From an uncultured Rivularia sp. (GTDB taxonomy: Bacteria > Cyanobacteriota > Cyanobacteriia > Cyanobacteriales > Nostocaceae): 64,000 bases of DNA. The stretch's first letter is position 1. Every line of letters starts with the position of its first letter. This document shows positions 31,234 through 43,926 of the stretch, in pieces. Made by a program: the position numbers and the translations under genes. The notes beneath the pieces were generated by a model. That model was not told the origin of the DNA, did no database searches, and was given only the letters and a program-made list of their open reading frames with translations. The stretch is from the NCBI GenBank assembly GCA_963665115.1, contig OY762007.1, forward strand, positions 3,040,001 to 3,104,000, read 5' to 3'.

Positions 31234-31326
31234 TTTTTGTAAAAATAAACTGTTACATTGACTACATTTTTGCAATTTTATCTAAAATGAAATTGCAGAA
31301 TTATTTATTTGAGAAAAGGTTTTGAG

Positions 31327-31545
31327 ATGAATGTCAAACATTTAGGTAGCAATTTAGAACATAATGCTGAGTTTGATCGGCATCCGCAGCATAATCTTCG
31401 CACGATTTTTCTAGTTGTATTCGCTTCGTTTACTTTGGGTGCAATTCCGATTACTTATGGTTCGAGGTTGACACCGGCATCAAGTCAGAATACTGTAACG
31501 GTTCCTGGTGAAGCAACTCTTTGGAAATCTGTTGGGGAAAGGTAA
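31327..31545 (+). CDS. Possible small single-TM protein overlapping the narB 3' end antisense
   Basis: ATG at 31327; hydrophobic [19 protein letters not shown] segment. Confidence 0.35.
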   Translation: MNVKHLGSNLEHNAEFDRHPQHNLRTIFLVVFASFTLGAIPITYGSRLTPASSQNTVTVPGEATLWKSVGER

Positions 31546-33742
31546 CTGGTACAAGTTGCACGGCACAAGCTTTCAGTTCTGGTTGTAAGGAAATTGGACA
31601 AGATAAAGGATGAGTCAAGTTGTTAGCTTCGGCGTTGTCAGCCCACAAAGCGCCCCAGTGCATAGGAACGAATACGGTTTTGGGTGCGATCGCCTTAGTT
31701 ACTTTTGCGGGAAATTTAGCTGTTCCCCGACGGGATTTTATTTCTATCCAGTCTCCTTCTTGAATATTTAATTTTGCTGCATCGCGGGGATGAATTTCGA
31801 TGAAGGGATGAGGATGCATTTTGACGATTTTCTCAATTCTTCCCGTGCGGGTTTGGGTGTGCCAGTGACCGTATAATCTCCCGATAGTGAGAACAAAAGG
31901 ATACTCTTCACTCGGTGGTTCTGCTAAACCGCGAGAATGATAAGCCGCAAATTTAGCCCTCCCATCAGGGGTTTGAAAGCGTAAATCGGTGTAGAGACGC
32001 TTTCCTTGAAGTGGTTCTTTTTCAGTAAAACCTTTTAATAAAGATGACCAGAAACCAGAATCGTTTTCTTCGATTTCGATCTCTGCTTTTTGGGTGTCGT
32101 ACCACTGCATCGGGCCAATATTTGCCAAATTTTCGTGACTAATTTCTCCCATATCGCAAGGGCGATCGCTAGTTAATTTCACGAATTCGCGATGAACTGC
32201 GGCTGCATCTGCAAAAGCAAATTTATCCTCAAAACCAAGACGACGACCGACTTCGGCGAAGATTTCCCAATCTGCTTTCGCTTCACCAGGTGGTTCTCGA
32301 AACTGCGGACACAAGGTAACAACTCGTTCTGAGTTGGTCATGGTTCCTGTTTTTTCGCTCCATTGGGCTGCTGGTAATAAAAGGTGAGCGTAAGCAGAAG
32401 TTTCGGTGGGATAGTAAGCGTCTTGATAAATAGTGAAGGGAGATTTGAGTAAAGCAGCTTTGGTTCGCTGCAAATCTGGCATACTTACCGCTGGATTAGT
32501 GGCTGCAATCCACAGTAGTTCGACTTCACCAGTTTCCAATCCTGTAATCATACTCCATGCATCGCGACCGGGTTCGCCATCGATTTGACCTGAATTTAAA
32601 CCCCAAAGTTGTTCTACTTCGGCTCGATGTTGGGCGTTTTTAACGGAACGATATCCAGGGAGAATATGAGCTAAACCTCCGGCTTCTCTACCACCCATTG
32701 CGTTGGGTTGTCCGGTTAATGAAAATGGCCCGGTACCGGGTTTGCAAATATTTCCCGTCATCAAATGCAGGTTAATCAAGGTGCGTACTTTTGCAGTACC
32801 CTCAGAAGATTGATTTATCCCCATCGACCACAAAGACAAAACTTTTTTAGAATCAGCCCAGTAACGCGCTGCTTGTTCGAGTTCGTCTGTACTAATACCG
32901 CACTTTTGCGAAACTACTTCTGGCGGGTAATCTTGGATAACCTGAGCGTAATCAGAGAAACCTTGAGTACATTCATCGATAAACAAACTATCGAACGCAT
33001 TCCAACGCATTAATAAATGAGCGATACCGTTGAGTAAATCAATATCTGTGCCTGGATTAATTGCCAAATGTAAATCTGCAACTTCTGCTGTCTTAGTGCA
33101 TCGCGGATCTACAACAATCATTTTGACGTTGCGATTTTTTTTATGATGTTTTCGCAAACGGTTAAAAACAATCGGGTGACATTCAGCGGTATTAGTACCA
33201 ATCAAAAAAGCGCAATCTGTTAATTCTAAATCTTCATAGCAACAAGGTGGCCCGTCAGCACCGAAACTTTGCGTATAGCCCGCAACCGCTGAAGACATAC
33301 ATAAGCGTGAATTAGCATCAAAATTATTAGTTCCCAAACAGCCTTTAATTAATTTTTGGGCAATATAATAATCTTCAGTTTGAAACTGACCGGAACCATA
33401 CATACAGATCGCATCCGCACCGTGAGAGTGGCGAATACTTTGAATGCGATCGACGATTTTATCAAAAGCTTCATCCCAACTCACTTGACGAAAAGATTCT
33501 GACAGAGAATCTCGCATCATCGGGTATTTAAGGCGATTTCGATCGAGAGATTCCGCAACGGTAGCACCTTTAACGCAAACCATACCTTTAGATGAAGGAT
33601 GACTTTTATCGCCAACTACCTTCCAAATCGGATTACCTTGACTATCTCGATGAGTTGCACGTCCTGATGCTGCGGGAGGAGATACTTCTAAACCGCAGCC
33701 AACACCGCAGTAAGGGCAAAGGGTTTTAACAGAGTCAGACAT
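31451..33742 (-). CDS. narB: Ferredoxin-nitrate reductase
   Basis: [35 protein letters not shown] and QPELKACAV motifs. Confidence 0.97.
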   Translation of the reverse strand: MSDSVKTLCPYCGVGCGLEVSPPAASGRATHRDSQGNPIWKVVGDKSHPSSKGMVCVKGATVAESLDRNRLKYPMMRDSLSESFRQVSWDEAFDKIVDRIQSIRHSHGADAICMYGSGQFQTEDYYIAQKLIKGCLGTNNFDANSRLCMSSAVAGYTQSFGADGPPCCYEDLELTDCAFLIGTNTAECHPIVFNRLRKHHKKNRNVKMIVVDPRCTKTAEVADLHLAINPGTDIDLLNGIAHLLMRWNAFDSLFIDECTQGFSDYAQVIQDYPPEVVSQKCGISTDELEQAARYWADSKKVLSLWSMGINQSSEGTAKVRTLINLHLMTGNICKPGTGPFSLTGQPNAMGGREAGGLAHILPGYRSVKNAQHRAEVEQLWGLNSGQIDGEPGRDAWSMITGLETGEVELLWIAATNPAVSMPDLQRTKAALLKSPFTIYQDAYYPTETSAYAHLLLPAAQWSEKTGTMTNSERVVTLCPQFREPPGEAKADWEIFAEVGRRLGFEDKFAFADAAAVHREFVKLTSDRPCDMGEISHENLANIGPMQWYDTQKAEIEIEENDSGFWSSLLKGFTEKEPLQGKRLYTDLRFQTPDGRAKFAAYHSRGLAEPPSEEYPFVLTIGRLYGHWHTQTRTGRIEKIVKMHPHPFIEIHPRDAAKLNIQEGDWIEIKSRRGTAKFPAKVTKAIAPKTVFVPMHWGALWADNAEANNLTHPLSCPISLQPELKACAVQLVPVTFPQQISKELLHQEPLQYSDLMPVSTSNHK

Positions 33743-34189
33743 ATTTTATTTAGGGGTTATTAAATATTAGAAAATTCACAAGGTGAAATATTTTTTTAAA
33801 ACCTTTTTTAACTAAATAAATTACTAAAATACGTCTGATGTGAATTAAGCGCTCAAACCATTATCATTACGTTGATAATAAATTAAGAATTGAGATTTAA
33901 GCGAGCTTAAAAACCCTTGTAAAAAAAAGGGACATTTTTAATTCACATTAGGCGTAGAATAATTCATCTTACTATAATTGTTATGTTAATAAGTGATAAA
34001 TCACTTACTACAAACTTTTCTTTTAAAGATAAAACAATTAGACTATAACCTTCTCTTAGCGCACCTCCGCGTAAACCTCAGTCAAACTTTGCGTTGAATC
34101 CTTTTCCTCTCATCAATCAAACTAAAAAAAAAGGAACCGATAAATAAAATGCATTGCTTATCGATTCCTCAAGTCAAATAAATTAAATT

Positions 34190-35738
34190 CTATTGACGAA
34201 TTCCTTTAGGTTCAATTACCAATTCAGAATACTCATCTTCTCCTTCATGATGTTCTGCAAAGGAGCCTTCAGGTTCTTTTAAGAAAAACCAACATAAGAA
34301 AGCAACTATCAAAGCCGCAATACCCATCATCTGGAAAAAGACTGTGTTCGACTGAGCAATAACTGCTGGAGTCTGTTCGCCACCACCGCTCAACCATTCT
34401 GGTAACAAGCTGAATATAGTCAGATAAGCAACTGCGCCAACGTTTCCATAAGCTCCAACGTTACCTGCAATTTGTCCAGTAACTCGACGTTTCACCAAAG
34501 GAACGATCGCAAATGTCGAACCTTCTCCAGCCTGTACGAAGAAAGAACAAGCCATAACCAATAAGATAGCTAAAGGTAGCCACCAACCGCTGCCTACTGT
34601 TCCGAAAATCATGTAGCCTATACCCATACCACCAGTCAAGACTGCCATAGTCACTCTGCGGCTACCCAGTTTATCGGAAATTAATCCACCGCCAGGGCGA
34701 GATACCAAGTTCATGAAGGCATAGCTAGCTGCAATCATTCCAGCCATTGCTGGGTTTAAACTAAATGTTCCTTCAAAAAACGCCGGAAGCATCGAAACCA
34801 CGGCCAATTCGGAACCAAAGTTGACTACATAGGTTAATTCCAGAATCGCGACTTGAGAGAAATTGTAACGATCTTTTGCAGGATATTTTTTCTTACCCGA
34901 AAGCAAATCTTTGTTTACAACCCAACAGTTATAAGCCTGGAATAAATATAAACCAAGCAATCCAGCCAAAACCAATAAGAGAGTACTGTCACCGTATAAA
35001 CCAACCTTTTTCAAGCGCCAAGCCAGAACCATCAAAATACCTGTTAAAGGTAAGTTCATTAGCATCAAGAACCAGAAATCGCGGACGGTGGTAACTTCCA
35101 AACCTCTAGCATTCTTAGGCTTTTGATAGACTTTTCCAGGAGGATGATCCTCTACATTGAAGAAATACAGAATTCCATACAGAGCAGCAATAACACCACT
35201 TCCAGCAATACATAATCTCCAGTTAAGAGTACCACCTGCTCCAAAAGCTAAGAATGCACCAATTGTAGGTAAAGTAAAAGCCGCAGCAGCCGAACCAAAG
35301 TTACCCCAACCGCCATAGATTCCCTCAGCTAAACCAATTTCTTTGGGAGGAAACCATTCTGCAACCATCCGGATACCAATTACAAACCCTGCACCAACAA
35401 TACTCAATGCCAAACGGCTGATTACTAATTGAGTGAAGTTTTGAGCGCTGGCAAAGGCAATACAGGGAATCGCTGCATAAATCAGCAATAACGAATAAGT
35501 AATTCTTGGGGCCGAATTTATCCAATAGCATCCCGATAATGATTCGAGCCGGAACCGTCAACGCAACGTTACAAATCGCTAAGGTTCTGATTTGGCTGAC
35601 TTCTAAACCAAAATCTGCTTTTACCTGCGTTGCTAAAGGAGCAAGGTTAAACCAAACAAAGAATGAGAGAAAGAATGCGAACCAAGTCATGTGCAGGATT
35701 TTGTACCTGCTGCGAAAAGATAACAATTCTCCGAGCAT
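34190..35738 (-). CDS. nrtP: MFS nitrate/nitrite permease (NarK/NrtP); apparent +1 frameshift at G4 35508-35511
   Basis: LHMTWFAFF, GGWGNFGS, NFGSELAVVSMLP and GNVGAYGNVG motifs. Removing one base restores DKFGPRIT. Confidence 0.92.
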
Positions 35739-35951
35739 TGATTAACCCCTTAATAGTTCGTAGTAAGATTTACTTTTAGATAGATACAGCAACGGTGCAT
35801 ATTAAAGCTGAGTACAGATAATTATTCGCTTATTTTTGGAGCAAAGATTTAATTAATTATGCTCGTTAATTGTGAAAATTACTGTATCAGTTTAGACTTT
35901 ATTAAATAGTATTAATACTAATGAGATATATTTGTTTATTCATTGTATTAA

Positions 35952-37501
35952 CTAATCTTGCTTTGGCTTTGCGCCGAAAGATTCTATCAAAATACCCTTT
36001 AAGACATTATTAATCTCGTCACAGGGAATACCTTTCTGTACGCAAGTCCCTAATTGGGCATCTTTGCCTACCTTGCCTCCCATATACAAGTCCACCCCTT
36101 CAACCGTCTTGCCATCTTTACGAACCTTTGTTCCCATCAGTCCGATATCGGCTACCTGCGGTTGTCCGCAAGAGTTAGGACAGCCTGTCCAATGAATTCT
36201 TACAGATTTGGGCATCTCCAATTCTGCGTCAAGTTGTTTGGCTAATGCCAAGGCTCTATTTTTGGTTTCCACCAGCGCAAAGTTGCAAAATTGAGAACCC
36301 GTACAAGATACCAAAGCCCTTTCTAAAGGTTGGGGTTCGATCGTAAATTTTTGCAGCAAAGGTTCAGTAAGGAAAACTTGCAAATTATCGTCAATAATAT
36401 TGGGAATAATTGCGTTTTGCTCAACAGTTAAGCGCACTTCACTATTACCGTAAACTTCGGCTAGCTGTGCTAAATCAAACATATCTTGAGCATCAAGCCG
36501 TCCCCCACGGGAATGTGTAAACCAACGTAATTTAAACCAGGTTGGTTTTGCTTATAAACCCCAATGCAATCTCTTTTTTCCCAATCGATTTCGTCTTTTT
36601 CGGCTGCGGTTGCTAAGGTACGTCCAAATTCTTGTTCCACCATTGAACGGAATTTCTCGATTCCCAATTCATCAATCAGCCACATTAATCTGGATTTTTG
36701 ACGATTAGCTCTTGCTCCGTTATCCCGAAAAATAGATAAAATTGCTCGACATAAATCGACAACATCGTCGTTGTTGGGAGGAACCCAAGCATTTAGAGGT
36801 ATTGCACCTTCACAACGTTTAGCAGAGAAAAAGCCACCAACTAAAACGTTGAATCCTAAATCGCCGTTTTTATAAGCTGGAACAAAGGCAATATCGTTGA
36901 TTTCGGCATGAACTGAATTATCCCGTCCCCCTTCAATCGCAATATTAAATTTTCGAGGAAGATTAGTAAATGCATAATTACCTTTACCATTATTGGTAAT
37001 CATGTCTTGAACTTTCTGCACTAATTCACGGGTATCAATCAGTTCCGAACCATCAATCCCTGCAACTGGCGAACCAGTAATATTACGAACATTATCCATC
37101 CCCGACTGCATAGAAGTCATTCCTACTGCATCCAGACGACGAAAAATATCTGGTATATCTTCGAGACGAACTCCCCGCAACTGAATATTTTGGCGAGTTG
37201 TAATATCGGCACAACCATCAGTTCCGTATCGCTGCACAATTTCGGCAAGCACCCGTAACTGACTGCTAGATAAAATCCCGCTAGGGATTCGCATCCGCAA
37301 CATGAATTTACCTGGTGTAACGGGACGATAGAAGACTCCTACCCATTTAAGACGATGTTCCAAATCTGATTTTTCCATCGCCTCCCAACCGATTTGGGCA
37401 AATTTTTCTAGTTCGTCTTTAACGTCTAATCCATCTTTTTCCGCTTTAATTTTTTCAAATTTATTAAGAGTTGCAGGTTTATTTGATTGGGTAGTAGACA
37501 C
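35952..37501 (-). CDS. nirA: Ferredoxin-nitrite reductase; apparent frameshift (2 extra nt) at C5 36502-36506
   Basis: TTRQNIQ, MDNVRN, LPRKFN, CTG..FC and WTGCPNSCGQ motifs. Correcting the run restores HIPVGRLDA. Confidence 0.95.
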
Positions 37502-37668
37502 GGTTGGTTTACCTTAAAAATCCAAGATTAACTGGTAGAGAAGAGTTGCGAATATTTACACTATCGTGCGATCGAATTGATTTCTTTTGCCCCAAAATTA
37601 TCAATCAAAGTGTTTCAATATTTACTTGGTTAAGTACTCATTAAATAAATAAACTCGTTGTTTATTTT

Positions 37669-37723
37669 GTATCGCTTGTAACTATTTATTCTTTTTATGG
37701 TTAAAATTTTGCGTTATTTGCAT
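37669..37723 (-). promoter_or_regulatory. Candidate NtcA site (GTT-N8-TAC on the minus strand) and LysR/NtcB-like TGC-N7-GCA site upstream of nirA
   Basis: Plus strand GTA TCGCTTGT AAC at 37669-37682 and TTGC GTTATTT GCAT at 37709-37723. Confidence 0.45.
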
Positions 37724-37848
37724 GAATTTTATTTATTTTTTGCATATTATCATCAAAAAACAGCATTACATATTCTCTAAGAGAACGGTAAATACTTAAA
37801 ATTCGTGACACAGTTAAATAAGAACCACGTAAAATCAACGCTCTTACT

Positions 37849-39072
37849 TTGGTAATATATCAAATGTTAGAAACTCTTGACATAATTGCGGATGCTGTAA
37901 CAGAAGCGAATTGGATACTGGTTAATCAGCAGTTACATCAGCTATTAGACAAGAATCGGGTAAAGGCTGTAGAAAACGGTGAATTAGAACAAGCTGTTGC
38001 AATCGCCATACAAATTTTGCGAGTAGGGGATTTTCAAACCAGGTGGGATATAGCAAAGGTTTTCCCCAAAATAGGTAAACCAGCAGTTGTTCCCTTACTC
38101 GAAATATTGTCAGACGAAAAAGCTGATTTGGAGATTCGTTGGTTTGCGCTTCGCATTTTAGGAGAATTTAACGAACCGCAAATAGTTATATCCTTAGTAA
38201 AATTACTTGAAGAAACACAAGAAGAAGAATTGGCGATCGCCTGTTCCCAAACGCTAGCAAAAATCGGACAACCTGCGATTAGTGGGTTAACTGAATTACT
38301 CCTTGACGAAAAATCTAGGTTGCTAGCAGTAAAATCTCTTGCTCAAATTCGCCGCTCGGAAGTCATCGAACCTTTACTTTCGGTTGTCGATGATTCTATA
38401 GCAGAAATGAGAGTTACAGCAATTGAAGCTCTCGGTAGTTTTCACCACAAACATTTAATTCCTGTATTTATTAAAGCTTTGCAAGATACATCTTTTTCTG
38501 TTCGCAAAGAAGCAATTATCGCTTTAAAAATGCGTGCTTATCTTAAAGAAGAATTTGATTTAGTTAATCATATACAACCTTTGCTTTACGACTTTGATTC
38601 ACAAGTGTGTCAGCAAGCAATATTAGCAATGGGATGTATGAAAGACGAGGCGGCGATTAAAGCGTTGTTTGATATTTTGAATTTTAAAAATACTCCTTTA
38701 TTTCTGAAACAAGAAGTAGTGCGTGCTTTGAATTGGAGTAGTAGTTTTACAGCTTTAGATTATTTAAAAGAAATTCTTTATTCAAACGATATTGCACTGA
38801 GTAAAGAAATTATTAATGTGTTGGGGAGACAAGAATCAGTTAAGTTAAAGTCTTATGCTGCTGAGATTTTGATTGACTTTGTTAATAGCGAATTAGAAAT
38901 AACGCATCAGTCGGGGATAAAACAGGTAGTAGCGACATCTTTGGGAGAATTGGGAGATTTACGCGCTTTGACTCATCTTGAGAAAATGGCTTTGGATGAT
39001 GATTCTAAGGTTAGATTGTATGCGAGGGCTGCGGTTAAGAAATTGAATGGTAGACTTTATCCGACACCCTAG
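37849..39072 (+). CDS. HEAT-repeat (PBS lyase-like) protein divergent from nirA, probably the cyanobacterial NirB-type accessory factor
   Basis: Repeated HEAT motifs (RWDIAKVFPKIG, RWFALRILG, RVTAIEALG, VRKEAIIAL); position next to nirA. Confidence 0.8.
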   Translation: MVIYQMLETLDIIADAVTEANWILVNQQLHQLLDKNRVKAVENGELEQAVAIAIQILRVGDFQTRWDIAKVFPKIGKPAVVPLLEILSDEKADLEIRWFALRILGEFNEPQIVISLVKLLEETQEEELAIACSQTLAKIGQPAISGLTELLLDEKSRLLAVKSLAQIRRSEVIEPLLSVVDDSIAEMRVTAIEALGSFHHKHLIPVFIKALQDTSFSVRKEAIIALKMRAYLKEEFDLVNHIQPLLYDFDSQVCQQAILAMGCMKDEAAIKALFDILNFKNTPLFLKQEVVRALNWSSSFTALDYLKEILYSNDIALSKEIINVLGRQESVKLKSYAAEILIDFVNSELEITHQSGIKQVVATSLGELGDLRALTHLEKMALDDDSKVRLYARAAVKKLNGRLYPTP

Positions 39073-39462
39073 AAGGGTGCGGCTACACAAACAAAGCCCA
39101 CCTGCGTGGGCTTGGAAACTCTCATAGCCCACGCAGGTGGGCTTTGTAGTATTAGCCCCAGGCTTATAGCCTGCGGGCTTTTTGCCTGGATTACTCCCTT
39201 CCCGTACAATTAACCATCTCTCCTTATCTCTTTCCTCTGCGCTCTCTGCGTCTCTGCGGTTTTTTATATTAAAGGGATTGAGGGGAAGAAGAGGTGATAT
39301 CAAATCTGTTGGTATCGGGATTATATTTTTTACAGCCTCGGAGCGCGGAGGTAAGCGCAGAGGGGCGCGGAGTTTTATTAGTGATGTATTTGGTAATTCC
39401 GATGTAAGGAGTGAAAGAAGTGAGGGGGATTGGGAATTAGGAGGTTTCCTAATTATCGGGGG

Positions 39463-42400
39463 TTAATTTTGTAATTTATGTAATTCATTCATTACATCTT
39501 TATAAACATAAGTATGACCTTGAGCTTTTGATAATTCTGCTGCTTTTTGTAATTCTTGAATAGCTTTTTGTTTATTCCCTAATTTAATTAGAGTTAATCC
39601 TCTTTGGTAGTAATAAAAATCAGCATTATTAGGATTTATTTCAATAGCTTTGCTATAATCAGCTAATGCTAAATTATATTTTTTCTGTTTTCGGTAAGAA
39701 TTTGCTCGCGATATATAATTAGAAGCAGGATAGTTACTAGAATCAAGTTCAATAATTTTACTGTAATCAGCTATAGCTAAATCCCATTTTTCTTGCTCTT
39801 TGTAAATCTGTGCCCGATAACTGTAAGCAATAAGATTTTCAGGCTCAAGTTCAATAACTTTACTCAAATCAGGTATAGCTAAATCTTTTTGTTTTTGGCT
39901 ATTATAAATAGTTGCTCTTTTAAGATAAGCTTCAGTATTGTGAGGATTCAGTTCAATAACTTTACTCCAATCAGCTAAAGCTAAGTTATATTGATACCGT
40001 TCATCATAGTATTTAGCTCTATTGTAATAAGCTTCAGAATTATCCGGATTACTTTGAATTGCTAAATCCAATTGTTTCTTTTTTTGTATATCCTTTTGTA
40101 TGGATTGGAGTAAAATATTTGCATAACTATATGAAGTAGTTTGACCTTGAGCTTTAAATAGTTGGGCTGCTTTATAGTAATCTTGAACAGCTTTATTTTT
40201 ATCCTTAAGTTTTTCATACATAAATCCTCGGTAAGCGTATGCTTCACCATTTTGAGGATTGAGTTGAATTGCTTTATTATAATCAGCTAGCGCTAATTCC
40301 GATTTATACCGTTTATTATAAATATGACCACGGTAAATATAAGCTCTAACATTCTGAGGGTCAAGTTTTAAGATTTCGTCTAAGTTAGCTTTAGCCAAAT
40401 CCATTTTTTCTTGGATTACGTAAATTAATGCTCGATTAAAATAAGCTTCAATATCTTGAGGTTCAAGTTTAATTATTTTATTGTAATAAGCTATTGCAGA
40501 ATTAAACTGTTGTTTCTCGATTTTTAATTCTCTTGAAACATATGAAAATGGATCGTAATAATCAAAACCAAACTTTATTGCTTTTTTGATATCAGCCATT
40601 GCTAAATCCCACTTTTGTTGTTCGAGATAAATAAGCCCACGGTAAGCGTAAATTTTATCTGACTTAGGATTAAGTTTAATGACTTTATTGTAATCAGCCA
40701 GTGCTAAATCCCATTTTTCCTGGCTTCGATAACTATTTGCTCGCTTAAAATAAGGTTCAAAATTTTTAGGCTTAAGTTGAATCCATTTACTATAATCGGC
40801 TATCGCTAAATCCCATTTTTGCTGCTCTACATATAAACGCCCTCGGAGCTGGTAAGCATCATCTGATTTAGGATTCAATTCAATTGCTTTATCAAAATCA
40901 GCTTTAGCTAAATCCCATTTTTTCTGTGCCATATACATAATTCCTCTCCAAGAGTAATTAATTGCACTAGGATTTAGTTTGATTGCTTCTGTCATCGTTG
41001 CTTGTGCTTCTGTATAGCGTTGTAAATAAATCAAAGTTGTCCCTTTCACAAAATATCCGCTAGGATTTTTTGGCTGAAGTAGAATTGTTTTATTTGCTGC
41101 GATTAATGCTTTATCATATTGTTCTATGTTCATGTACATAAAACTCAGTATTCGCCAAGCACCAACATAATCAGGTTTGAGTTTTACCGCTTGCTCAAAT
41201 GTTTCTACAGACTCTTTATATTTCTCTTGGCTTGAAAAGTTTAAACCTTTACCAAAATAAGCTAGGTAAGCGAAAGATGATTTACGTTTAATTACTTCAT
41301 CAAAGGCTTTATCTGCTTCTTCATATCTTCCTAAACGCAACAGTTGGTTTCCTCTTTCTAACCATTTGTCAGCTGTTGCATTTCCACCTGAAACCTCTGC
41401 TGTTAGTGCTGCTTTTTTAATAGATTCAATTTGTTGAGGATTCAGTTGAGGTGGTCTATTATTTTCTAAATTTTGCGGTTTTACACCCAATCTGGGAACC
41501 AACCCTAAAAAGGTACTTACAGGAATCCCCAAACTAAATCCTATCTGAATTTGACATTTAGAACCAGAACCCCCACAGTCTCCTGTTTTTGAATCATAGG
41601 CTTCTTCCCCTTCAGCACGTCCGTGAATACCTATTACTCGCCCTTGTGAATTTAAAACTGGACCACCACTCATTCCACCATAAGTGATGCTGGTGTAAAC
41701 TAACTCATATCCTCCAGTTAAGGAATTGATACCTTTTGAACCTAAAGAGCCTACTCCTGATCGCGAAAAGTCGGAATCTTTTACTAATAATAATCCCTCT
41801 TCTTTACTAGTAATTTGCCCGACAGTAAACCGCCAAGGAGAATCATTACCTAATTTGGGATATCCCGCAGTAAACATATAGTCATCTTCATTAGGATTGT
41901 AATTTGCAAGAGTTGCTATTTGATAATCTCCAGAACTTTTAAATTTAACTACCGCTAAATCAACCCCTTCCTCAATTTTGATGCTGCTTTTATCTACAGA
42001 ATATTTATTTCCATCTGGTGCAAGTATTTCATAATTAAATCCACCGCATGGCTTTGTTGCATCTACTCTTTCACACAACACATGAGCCGATGTTAAAACT
42101 GTGTAATTATTCCCTTCTCTAGCAATAATTATTCCCGAACCATTGGCGTTACTACTGCTATCAATTCTGACAGTAAATTGTTTAGCTTTTTGTTCTAAAT
42201 CCTTTACCCATTTTGGATAGTCTGGTTCCAGTATTGTATTTTTACCTTCTGGAAAAGGCAATTTATAAGCAGTCAAAACATCACCATCAACCCACGTTAA
42301 AACAGTTGAAATCGGAATTCCCCAACTCAACTTTCTCATTTCTCTAATTTCTGCTTGATTCGGACGTTTACCGTTTTGATAAACATAACCAGAATTTAAA

Positions 42401-43023
42401 ATAGGATAAGCACTTTTACCATTTATCCCTACAAGTTCACCCATTGAATTAAGAATTGCACCACCGCTCATTCCTTGTTCGATGTTGCTGCTGTAACCGA
42501 TTTCGTATCCTTCTTTTAAGTTAGAAGTCTTTTTAACTTCTCCTTCGCTAAATATAATATTTCCCGTGGAACCAGAAAAACCCGCAGCAACTACGGGAGT
42601 ATTAATTTCAGGAGTAGTTTTAGCAATTTCTGATAAACAATAACTTTGACTGCTTTGGAATTTTAATAAAGTTATATCTGATTTTTTAAATTTATTTTGC
42701 GGTACAATTTCTGCTGAATAGGTTTTACCGTCGGCAGTTTGCAATGTAATCGAATTAACTCCTTGGATAACGTGAGAATTGGTTAACACTAAATAATTAT
42801 TTCCTTGTTTACCGATAAGCGTTCCCGAACCACCGTTGCGATCGCCGATGATTTTTACTGTGATTTTATTGGCTAGGGTTTGTAATTGTTTTGTTGAATA
42901 AAATTCCTCTTCTCGTTCGATTCTGCAAATTGAATTTTGAGCAATGGAAGCAGGAGCGGCTTTGATGGGGATGGGGATTTGGAGCAGGAGTAGGGAGGAA
43001 AGAAAGATTAGATTGCGGTTCAT
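39463..43023 (-). CDS. Secreted protein with two trypsin-like serine protease domains and a long TPR array
   Basis: Signal peptide; two sets of GSG..I / LT..HV / GMSGG motifs; many 34-aa TPRs (A.ADY.KAI.L.P). Confidence 0.92.
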   Translation of the reverse strand: MNRNLIFLSSLLLLQIPIPIKAAPASIAQNSICRIEREEEFYSTKQLQTLANKITVKIIGDRNGGSGTLIGKQGNNYLVLTNSHVIQGVNSITLQTADGKTYSAEIVPQNKFKKSDITLLKFQSSQSYCLSEIAKTTPEINTPVVAAGFSGSTGNIIFSEGEVKKTSNLKEGYEIGYSSNIEQGMSGGAILNSMGELVGINGKSAYPILNSGYVYQNGKRPNQAEIREMRKLSWGIPISTVLTWVDGDVLTAYKLPFPEGKNTILEPDYPKWVKDLEQKAKQFTVRIDSSSNANGSGIIIAREGNNYTVLTSAHVLCERVDATKPCGGFNYEILAPDGNKYSVDKSSIKIEEGVDLAVVKFKSSGDYQIATLANYNPNEDDYMFTAGYPKLGNDSPWRFTVGQITSKEEGLLLVKDSDFSRSGVGSLGSKGINSLTGGYELVYTSITYGGMSGGPVLNSQGRVIGIHGRAEGEEAYDSKTGDCGGSGSKCQIQIGFSLGIPVSTFLGLVPRLGVKPQNLENNRPPQLNPQQIESIKKAALTAEVSGGNATADKWLERGNQLLRLGRYEEADKAFDEVIKRKSSFAYLAYFGKGLNFSSQEKYKESVETFEQAVKLKPDYVGAWRILSFMYMNIEQYDKALIAANKTILLQPKNPSGYFVKGTTLIYLQRYTEAQATMTEAIKLNPSAINYSWRGIMYMAQKKWDLAKADFDKAIELNPKSDDAYQLRGRLYVEQQKWDLAIADYSKWIQLKPKNFEPYFKRANSYRSQEKWDLALADYNKVIKLNPKSDKIYAYRGLIYLEQQKWDLAMADIKKAIKFGFDYYDPFSYVSRELKIEKQQFNSAIAYYNKIIKLEPQDIEAYFNRALIYVIQEKMDLAKANLDEILKLDPQNVRAYIYRGHIYNKRYKSELALADYNKAIQLNPQNGEAYAYRGFMYEKLKDKNKAVQDYYKAAQLFKAQGQTTSYSYANILLQSIQKDIQKKKQLDLAIQSNPDNSEAYYNRAKYYDERYQYNLALADWSKVIELNPHNTEAYLKRATIYNSQKQKDLAIPDLSKVIELEPENLIAYSYRAQIYKEQEKWDLAIADYSKIIELDSSNYPASNYISRANSYRKQKKYNLALADYSKAIEINPNNADFYYYQRGLTLIKLGNKQKAIQELQKAAELSKAQGHTYVYKDVMNELHKLQN

Positions 43024-43092
43024 TTTTTTGGTGGGTGAATAGATGGCGAATGAATAATGAATAGCGGGGGATTTTTTCTTTGTTGCGGAAAA

Positions 43093-43147
43093 TGTAGAGA
43101 CGCGATATTATGCCCTATCGGGCAGGCTGCGCTAACGCGTCTCTACA
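43093..43147. repeat. Palindromic small dispersed repeat with a nested hairpin insert
   Basis: TGTAGAGACGCG ... CGCGTCTCTACA enclosing ATGCCCTATCGGGCAGGCTGCGCTAAC. Confidence 0.75.
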
Positions 43148-43447
43148 AATCAATGGGTGGGTAACAAACAGTTACTAATTACGTTAAATTTAGGTAATCA
43201 AATTGACCGTACAAGATGCATTAATCTCAGTCAATACACTTAACGGCAATATTTTTGTGTAAATTCATCTTCAACCCTTGGAAATAAGCTTCTGATGGCA
43301 TTACTGTCCGAATAATGATTTTTTACGCAAATTATTGAATTTTTTGGAAGTATTTTATTCTTTTGTGGCGAATATTCGGATTGATTGTTCGTAGCTTTCA
43401 TATCATCCACTTGTTAAGCAACCATTGATGATAAAAACCGAAAGCTG

Positions 43448-43629
43448 ATATCTTTCACCATTGTCGTTAAGCTCAAATACCCGCCTCGGAATCAATTCCA
43501 AGGCTTATATACAAAGTACGTTTTAACGTACTAAAAGCCTTGTTCAGTCGGATTTATCAGACTTTGTGTATTAGCCTGAGAATTTATTCTAAGGCGGTTT
43601 AGGAAGCTAACAAAAATGGTGAAAGATAT
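43448..43629. mobile_element. MITE-like element, copy A
   Basis: Terminal inverted repeats ATATCTTTCACCATT/AATGGTGAAAGATAT; ~100 nt core shared with 53868-53967. Confidence 0.65.
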
Positions 43630-43926
43630 AACATTGCCAGAGTTGGGTTGCACTCCGCTTAACCCAACCTACGAATTCATTAACTACGAACAATTGACAA
43701 TAACGTGAGTCCTATTATCTATTTAACTAGTATAAAAACAACAAAAGAACCATTGTTTTACCGTTCGAGGTAGCAATATAAGTGACAATTACTACAAAAA
43801 AATATTGAAACAGTATTTCTCTTAATATTTTATAGTTCCAATTTGACAATTTTATTTATTCAAATAGTAATAAACGTACAAATAAATATTAGAATATAAA
43901 GTTCGTCCAGGCGTGTAATTCCTCCC

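Noticed and set aside
34190..37501. Genuine loss of nitrate assimilation (nirA and nrtP pseudogenes)
   Set aside because: Each gene has a single homopolymer indel and no other decay, matching the window-wide error pattern that also hits leuA.
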